DNA of 39,305 bases. Source: an uncultured Gammaproteobacteria bacterium (GTDB lineage: Bacteria > Patescibacteriota > Microgenomatia > CAZETR01 > Amesbacteraceae). Under the pieces are notes generated by a model. That model did no database searches and had not been told where the DNA came from. It saw only the letters and a program-made list of their open reading frames with translations. The position numbers and the translations under genes were made by a program. The DNA lies in assembly GCA_964356705.1 (NCBI GenBank), contig CAYHIN010000002.1, forward strand, positions 1 through 39,305, given 5' to 3'. This document shows, one piece after another, positions 33,775 to 39,305 of this stretch (its first letter is position 1; each line of letters begins with the position of its first letter).

Positions 33775-35454
33775 ATGCGTGATCTACTCAAAAATGGCTC
33801 GGCCTTTTTCACTCGCAAGCAAAACAATATTCTCTCCGCCGCCTTCGTCATTATGGTCACTTATGGGCTCTCAAATATCGTCGGTTTGCTCAAAACGCGC
33901 CTCCTGATTAGCTACTTTTTTGATACCGCAGGTCTTCTGGATGTCTACTACGCCGCTTTTGTCATCCCGGACACTATTTTTCAGCTATTGGTAATTGGGT
34001 CACTGTCTGCCGCCTTTATCCCTGTTTTTTCCCGTCTCCTAGTAAAAAAAGAGTCCGAGGCTTGGTACGTGGCCTCAGTCTCTCTCAATCTGGTAGTTTT
34101 TCTTCTGGCCGGCATCAGCCTGCTTATTTTTTGGCAGGCCCCTTCACTCAGTCGCCTCATCGCCCCCGGGTTCACGGGCGAGCAGATCACGATCATGTCC
34201 ACCCTGCTCAGGATCCTTCTTATCTCTCAGATTTTTTTCTCCGTCTCTGGTTTCTTGACCGGTATTATCCAGTCTCATCAGCGTTTTTTGATTCCCGCCC
34301 TCGCCCCACTTTTTTATAACTTTGGCATTGTCCTCGGCACCATTATTCTTACCCCCTCGCTTGGCATCTATGCGCCAGCCATCGGTGTCGTCATCGGTTC
34401 CGTCCTCCACGTCGCCATTCAGTTGCCTTTAGCTCGCCACTTGGGCTTCAAGTTTACTTTCAAGCTGGACATTTCTCACACCAGTGTAAAAGAGATTGTA
34501 AAGCTCGTCCCTCCCCGGGCTCTGGCCCTAGGCATCGACCAGATCGAACAGTTTGTCTCAGTAGTTCTGGCCTCACTACTCTCCGCCGGTTCTCTATCGC
34601 TTCTCAATGTCTCCCGCCTGCTCTATACCATCCCCTCTACTCTTTTTGGTGTATCCATCGGCCAGGCTGCTCTGCCTGCCTTGTCCCGTGAGTCCAGCTT
34701 GGAGGACAAGGACAAGTTCTATCACACTTTTTCCTCTGCTCTTATCCAGGTAGCCTTTTTGGCCCTCCCGGTCAGCACCTTATTTATAGTCTTGCGTATT
34801 CCCATTGTCCGCCTTGTCTTTGGCTCTAGTAGTTTTCCCTGGACCGCGACTCTACTTACCGCCAAAGCGCTGGCCATCTTGGCTCTGTCTTCCACTTTTG
34901 CGGCCATCATGCACCTCGTCATTCGCGGTTTTTACGCTCTGCACAATACCAAGACACCCTTGATCGTAGGTTTCGCCGCCGCCATCTTTGACACCATTTT
35001 GAGTGTCTTGCTAGTGAGTTACACCGATATGGGCATACTTGGTCTAGCTCTGGCTATTTCGATAACGACCATTGGTGAGAGCGCAGTTCTCTTTGTTCTC
35101 CTACACAAAAAGTTAGAGCTGACCGCAGCCCAAGCCAAGACTACCACCGTCTCGCTTGTAAAGATTATTTTTGTCAGCCTCGTCACTGGGATTTTCCTCT
35201 GGATTCCAATGCGCATTCTAGACAAGTTTGTCTTTGACACGACTCACACCATTCCCTTGCTAGCCCTCGCCATCGTCACCTCTGCCATCGGTTTCACAGT
35301 TTATTTGTTGCTCTGTATGATATTCAAAGTCCCCGGACTCCAGTCCTTCTTTGATTTAATAAAGCGGGTCACAAATCTCAAATCCCAGCTTCTTCCCCAG
35401 CCACCCACAAAGATCACCGAACCCGTCATTCTCCCCGCCTCAGACCAGAACTAA
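33775..35454 (+). CDS. murJ: Lipid II flippase MurJ
   Basis: It starts at MRDLLKNG and has 12 or more TM helices. The N-terminal region SAAFVIMVTYGLSNIVGLLKTRLLISYFF...LDVYYAAFVIPD is typical of MurJ/MviN. Confidence 0.85.
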   Translation: MRDLLKNGSAFFTRKQNNILSAAFVIMVTYGLSNIVGLLKTRLLISYFFDTAGLLDVYYAAFVIPDTIFQLLVIGSLSAAFIPVFSRLLVKKESEAWYVASVSLNLVVFLLAGISLLIFWQAPSLSRLIAPGFTGEQITIMSTLLRILLISQIFFSVSGFLTGIIQSHQRFLIPALAPLFYNFGIVLGTIILTPSLGIYAPAIGVVIGSVLHVAIQLPLARHLGFKFTFKLDISHTSVKEIVKLVPPRALALGIDQIEQFVSVVLASLLSAGSLSLLNVSRLLYTIPSTLFGVSIGQAALPALSRESSLEDKDKFYHTFSSALIQVAFLALPVSTLFIVLRIPIVRLVFGSSSFPWTATLLTAKALAILALSSTFAAIMHLVIRGFYALHNTKTPLIVGFAAAIFDTILSVLLVSYTDMGILGLALAISITTIGESAVLFVLLHKKLELTAAQAKTTTVSLVKIIFVSLVTGIFLWIPMRILDKFVFDTTHTIPLLALAIVTSAIGFTVYLLLCMIFKVPGLQSFFDLIKRVTNLKSQLLPQPPTKITEPVILPASDQN

Positions 35455-36155
35455 AACTTCTCACTCCAGTGATCTATCTCAACAAAACTTATTTTCCCCG
35501 AAAACTTGTCTGCCTCTTCTACATACTTCATGAACTCTTCTATATCCTCAAACGGTTTTGTAATATATTTTCTCACGTCTTCAGTCCATGCAAATTCTCC
35601 CTCCTCCGTATTGTGCAATTCCCCTTCGGGGTTAATAACTTTCAATAAATACATAAACTTATCTTCCAAAAGTTGATTTGTTTTTTTATCAAATACTCGG
35701 AAGTGTTTGACGCCTACCATCACGGGGTCTCCAGTCAGATTAGCCTCTTCTTTTAGCTCTCTTTTTGCGGCTTCAATTATTTTTTCTCCATATCTAACTT
35801 TGCATGTCATAAACCCCTGACATCCAAAGAAGGGGTGTTTTAGGCGAGTCCCAATCAAAAATTCTTTCTTTCCATCTTGTTCCCTTATTCCGCAGATCCA
35901 AGCCGAGATTTTAGATTGTTTGGTTATCTCGATCTTTTCTGAATCTATCTCATTTGCATAGCCTTTCCCAAGTGGTGTCAAAGAATATGTCTTGTCATTT
36001 TTTATGACATACCCCAGTTTGATTAATTGATCCAGGTGAAAATCATATTTATTATTTTCCATTTCAGAGTTAGGTTTCATTTCCGCATACCTAGCAGACG
36101 GGGTAAATAGCAGTTTCTTCAAGATTTGTAGTTGAGTCTCATGCATTTGCTTCAT
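35451..36155 (-). CDS. Winged-helix DNA-binding domain fused to a NUDIX hydrolase
   Basis: The N-terminus LQILKKLLFTPSARYAEM is wHTH-like. The Nudix box is GKVRYGEKIIEAAKRELKEEANL. Confidence 0.8.
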   Translation of the reverse strand: MKQMHETQLQILKKLLFTPSARYAEMKPNSEMENNKYDFHLDQLIKLGYVIKNDKTYSLTPLGKGYANEIDSEKIEITKQSKISAWICGIREQDGKKEFLIGTRLKHPFFGCQGFMTCKVRYGEKIIEAAKRELKEEANLTGDPVMVGVKHFRVFDKKTNQLLEDKFMYLLKVINPEGELHNTEEGEFAWTEDVRKYITKPFEDIEEFMKYVEEADKFSGKISFVEIDHWSEKF

Positions 36156-36219
36156 ATCCTCATATTACCGCCCAAAATTTTCAAAACAAGTCAATTCCAC
36201 TTGACTCAGCCATGCCTGT

Positions 36220-36225
36220 TAAAAT
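36220..36225 (+). promoter_or_regulatory. -10 box TAAAAT located 6 nt before the lepA ATG (leaderless geometry)
   Basis: The sequence reads TAAAAT-agcttc-ATG directly. Confidence 0.4.
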
Positions 36226-36231
36226 AGCTTC

Positions 36232-38022
36232 ATGCAGAATATCCGTAACTTCGCCATTATTGCCCACGTGGATCATGGCAAATCGACACTGGCCGATCGA
36301 TTGTTAGAGATTACTGGAACGGTTCAAATGCGCGATATGCAAGCCCAGCTTCTAGATAGCAATCCCATCGAAAGAGAGCGGGGGATCACGATCAAGCTGG
36401 CCCCTGTTCGTATGCATTATCAGGGATATATCTTAAATCTTATCGATACCCCAGGTCACGTCGATTTTGCTTATGAAGTGAGCAGATCTCTGGCCGCCTG
36501 TGAAGGCGCCATTCTTTTGGTGGACGCCACCCAGGGAGTCCAGGCCCAGACTCTGGCCCACTACAACCAAGCCAAAAAACTAAATCTCACGATTATCCCC
36601 GTCATCAACAAAATCGATATCACGATAGCCGACGTCGAAAGTTCACTAGCCCAGATGCAGGACATCCTGGGTTTCTCCGAAGATGAAATTCTCAAAATCT
36701 CAGGAAAAACGGGCGAGGGCGTTATCGAATTGTTACAAGTAGTCATCGACCGCATCCCTCCGCCCACACTACCTATCTCACTACCCACTACTCACGACGC
36801 ACCCTTACAAGCATTGGTTTTCAATTCCAATTACGATTCTCATCTTGGCGTCATCGCCTGGGTCAGGCTTTATTCCGGTACTCTGAAAAAACAAGACAAG
36901 TTGTATCTTCTGGCTACTCGAGCAACTACAACCGCCATCGAAATCGGAGTCTTTTCTCCCACCAAAAAACCCATAGATAGAATAAACGCTGGCGAAGTCG
37001 GCTACGTCGTCACCGGCCTGCGTGATCTATCCGAACTTACAACTGGAGATACACTTACAACCGAAAACTCACAACTTACAACTGCATTACCGGGTTACAT
37101 CCCAGCCAAGCCCGTGGTCTTCGTAAGTTTCTATCCCACCGATGGCGCCGATATTCACTTGTTGCATCAGGCTTTAGATAAGCTCAAGCTCCAGGATAGT
37201 GCTCTTATCTATACTCCCGAGTTTTCACCAGCTCTTGGCAACGGTTTTCGCGTAGGTTTACTGGGCCTCTTGCACGCCGATGTCGTCCAAGAGCGTCTCG
37301 AGAGGGAATTCAATCTGAGTCTTATAGCAGCCGCCCCCTCAGTCAGTTATGAGATCGAGATGGCAAATGGCGCAACAATTGAGATTTCCAAAGCCATGGA
37401 TTTACCAGACCCGTCTGAGATCAATCAGATCAAAGAGCCAATTATCGCTTTATCGATTTTCGTTCCCGACAATTTCACCGGTCCGGTCATGCAGCTGTGC
37501 CAAAATCACCGGGGGACTCTCCAAAATATGGATTACAAAGGCCAGATCGTAAATTTGCACTATCTCATGCCTTTGTCCGAGCTCATCAAGCAGTTTTACG
37601 ACACACTGAAGAGTGTATCGCAGGGCTTTGCCACTCTAGATTATGAATTGATAGGTTACGAGCCAGCCGATCTTGTTCGTTTAGACATCTTAATAGCGGG
37701 AGACAAGATTGACGCCCTGTCTCAGATTCTTCCTCGGGCCCAAGTCGACCATCTCGCCAAGGGTTTAGTCGAAAAACTAAAAGATATTATCCCCAGGCAA
37801 AATTTTGAAGTGGCTATCCAAGCCGCCATCGGTGGAAAAATTCTAGCCAGAGCCGATATCAAATCTTTTAGAAAGGACGTCCTGGCCAAGATGTCCGGTG
37901 GCGATCAGACTCGAAAAGACAAGTTGCTGAAAAAACAAAAAAAAGGCAAATCCCGCATGAAGCACGTGGGTCGTATCGACATCCCCCAAGAAGCATTCCT
38001 AAGTATCTTGAAGATCGATTAA
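36232..38022 (+). CDS. lepA: Translation elongation factor 4 (LepA)
   Basis: IRNFAIIAHVDHGKSTL (G1), DTPGH, NKID and the LepA-specific C-terminal domain are present. Length is 596 aa. Confidence 0.97.
   Translation: MQNIRNFAIIAHVDHGKSTLADRLLEITGTVQMRDMQAQLLDSNPIERERGITIKLAPVRMHYQGYILNLIDTPGHVDFAYEVSRSLAACEGAILLVDATQGVQAQTLAHYNQAKKLNLTIIPVINKIDITIADVESSLAQMQDILGFSEDEILKISGKTGEGVIELLQVVIDRIPPPTLPISLPTTHDAPLQALVFNSNYDSHLGVIAWVRLYSGTLKKQDKLYLLATRATTTAIEIGVFSPTKKPIDRINAGEVGYVVTGLRDLSELTTGDTLTTENSQLTTALPGYIPAKPVVFVSFYPTDGADIHLLHQALDKLKLQDSALIYTPEFSPALGNGFRVGLLGLLHADVVQERLEREFNLSLIAAAPSVSYEIEMANGATIEISKAMDLPDPSEINQIKEPIIALSIFVPDNFTGPVMQLCQNHRGTLQNMDYKGQIVNLHYLMPLSELIKQFYDTLKSVSQGFATLDYELIGYEPADLVRLDILIAGDKIDALSQILPRAQVDHLAKGLVEKLKDIIPRQNFEVAIQAAIGGKILARADIKSFRKDVLAKMSGGDQTRKDKLLKKQKKGKSRMKHVGRIDIPQEAFLSILKID
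37035..37089. repeat. Phased cassette with ACTTACAAC x3 (offsets 18 and 21 nt) inside lepA
   Basis: Copies start at 37035, 37053 and 37074. The region encodes LTTGDT/LTTENSQ/LTTALPG. Confidence 0.85.
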
Positions 38023-39275
38023 CGGGGTTGCAACTCGATCAGTACTACAGAATTTGCGGTCATTGAGATCTCTGTTTGCAATATCGCCTCAGTGGTCGCA
38101 ACCTGGATATCAGGCAGTGCTCCGTGTCCCAGCAAAAATCTCTTCAAAGTGAAATTTTGGTCTCTCAGGTTCATAAAAGTCACCGGCACATTTTCAGCAT
38201 GCGTCCCCTTGGGGTCATAATTGGCCAGTAAGACCTGATAATTGTTTCCATCCTGGGCTCCAATTGCCCGCACCCAAGTCCCATCTCCGAACACTCCCAA
38301 GCGGTTATTTCCCAGTCTCGACAATAGCTGTAGAGCCTGATATCGGGGTGACTGGTTATCCACGATTCCCCATCCGCCAGTGACCGAGAATGAAAATCCA
38401 TATTTGACCTTACCCATCAGCTCTCGCATGACCGCCACCAGATGTGCGGCCCCCGTTTTTGTGTTGTTTTCATTTCCAGCCTCGCTATTTGGCCCCATCT
38501 CGGTCACGATCTTTTCTACTCCGGCAAAATATGGATGCGATTCGATCCATGCCTCTACACTATCCACATCTTCAGAATACTTAAACACATCCAGGTCATA
38601 TCTGTGCCATGTAAAACAATCAAACTTCAAATTGTTTCCCAATACATAAGGAAAAAACTTATCCATCCAATTCTTATACAATCCAGTAGTTGCAGGTCCA
38701 CAGAGTTTAAATGGTCTAGTTCCGGTCGCTTGCCTTGCTCCAATCGCCGCATGTTTGTATAAATTCAAATAATCTTTTCCTCGACCAATCTTCCATTTAC
38801 CAAACAGATCTGGCTCATTCCACACCTCGTAATACATATCCTGAATCCCCCGGGTGGCACTATATCTTTCAATAATTGCTCGCACGATTGCCGACCACTC
38901 GTTCCAATTTTTGGGTTCCCCCACCTCATCTGAGGCGGTCATGACCGACGGCATATAAGACAAAGAGATAAAAGGCGTGGCTCCGACAGTTTGGATCTTA
39001 TTGACCAGATTATCCAATCGCGTCCAGTCGTAAGTCAGCTGTCCAGAGTTATTTCTACCAACCACTCCCAACAGATCAAACACATGATCAATTCTGATAT
39101 ATTTAGTCCCTACACTTCGGATTCTATTTTGGATTGCCGGATCATCCAAAAATGTTTCTAGATTTTCTCCTCCTTGTGCCAAAGCTTCCCATGGTCTAGG
39201 TAGTGCTCCGAGAGGCCTGTCGGTTTCGACCGATATCGCAGCCAGTCGCCCTTCTGCTCCTACAAAAAACTCCAC
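38019..39275 (-). CDS. Glycoside hydrolase, TIM-barrel clan GH-A-like (GH39/GH5-type)
   Basis: YYEVWNEPD looks like the acid/base NEP motif, and IVTEMGP like the candidate nucleophile. The start is GTG at 39275. The family assignment is tentative. Confidence 0.6.
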   Translation of the reverse strand: MEFFVGAEGRLAAISVETDRPLGALPRPWEALAQGGENLETFLDDPAIQNRIRSVGTKYIRIDHVFDLLGVVGRNNSGQLTYDWTRLDNLVNKIQTVGATPFISLSYMPSVMTASDEVGEPKNWNEWSAIVRAIIERYSATRGIQDMYYEVWNEPDLFGKWKIGRGKDYLNLYKHAAIGARQATGTRPFKLCGPATTGLYKNWMDKFFPYVLGNNLKFDCFTWHRYDLDVFKYSEDVDSVEAWIESHPYFAGVEKIVTEMGPNSEAGNENNTKTGAAHLVAVMRELMGKVKYGFSFSVTGGWGIVDNQSPRYQALQLLSRLGNNRLGVFGDGTWVRAIGAQDGNNYQVLLANYDPKGTHAENVPVTFMNLRDQNFTLKRFLLGHGALPDIQVATTEAILQTEISMTANSVVLIELQPR

Positions 39276-39305
39276 GATGTTATTTGTTAATTTTAGAATG
39301 GGTGG

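Noticed and set aside
36201-36206. TTGACT as the -35 box for lepA
   Set aside because: The spacer to the TAAAAT -10 box is only 13 nt, outside the functional range of 16-19 nt. The hexamer is probably fortuitous or belongs to another promoter.
1-39305. Consistent plus-strand CT-first phasing of the heptamer cassettes, which would suggest replication-strand specificity
   Set aside because: Any heptamer can be phased in seven ways, and a CT dinucleotide is common. With about ten loci the apparent bias is not statistically meaningful.

Overview
This is a compact, gene-dense bacterial chromosomal segment of about 44 protein genes, with frequent start/stop overlaps. I recognised no rRNA, tRNA, CRISPR array, transposase or integrase by eye. 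The gene content suggests a small-genome, monoderm, CPR/Patescibacteria-like organism; this is inference and needs a phylogenetic check. That content includes tandem FemAB-type transferases, an LCP protein, a DUF2298 'YYY' protein with other GT-C membrane proteins, PilN/PilO, an LPXTG surface protein, wHTH-Nudix, and short RmuC and PcrA. TGA, TAA and TAG all serve as stops, so the standard code 11 applies.

Layout:
- 103-2307: tatD-metG operon.
- 2480-8791: a TrpR-like gene, then a translationally coupled 9-gene plus-strand block running from rmuC to a HAD hydrolase.
- 9391-13373: rnhB and a UvrD-helicase/PD-(D/E)xK nuclease fusion.
- 13370-18110: two FemAB genes and a large LamG/beta-propeller surface protein split by one in-frame TAA.
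- 18233-21625: BRO-N/DinD-like gene, a methyltransferase and pcrA.
- 21635-32174: an envelope glycosylation island (LCP, three GT-C proteins, GT4, two methyltransferases) ending in an LPXTG protein.
- 32171-33495: pilN-pilO operon.
- 33514-39275: rpsT, murJ, Nudix, lepA and a clan GH-A-like glycosidase.

I found no recognisable defence or mobile system. The most unusual signals are at the DNA level:
1. A candidate Met-codon leader-peptide attenuator upstream of metG.
2. At least ten short cassettes with 7-nt/21-nt phased quasi-repeats embedded in-frame in unrelated genes. One 32-nt element is shared by tatD and the helicase-nuclease gene.
3. A GTCATCCTGAGC...GAAGGATCCAG hairpin repeat family with a compensatory stem change.
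4. Recurrent TATAAT-N6/7-ATG geometry, which implies leaderless mRNAs.

All functional calls rest on motifs read by eye; no database search was run.
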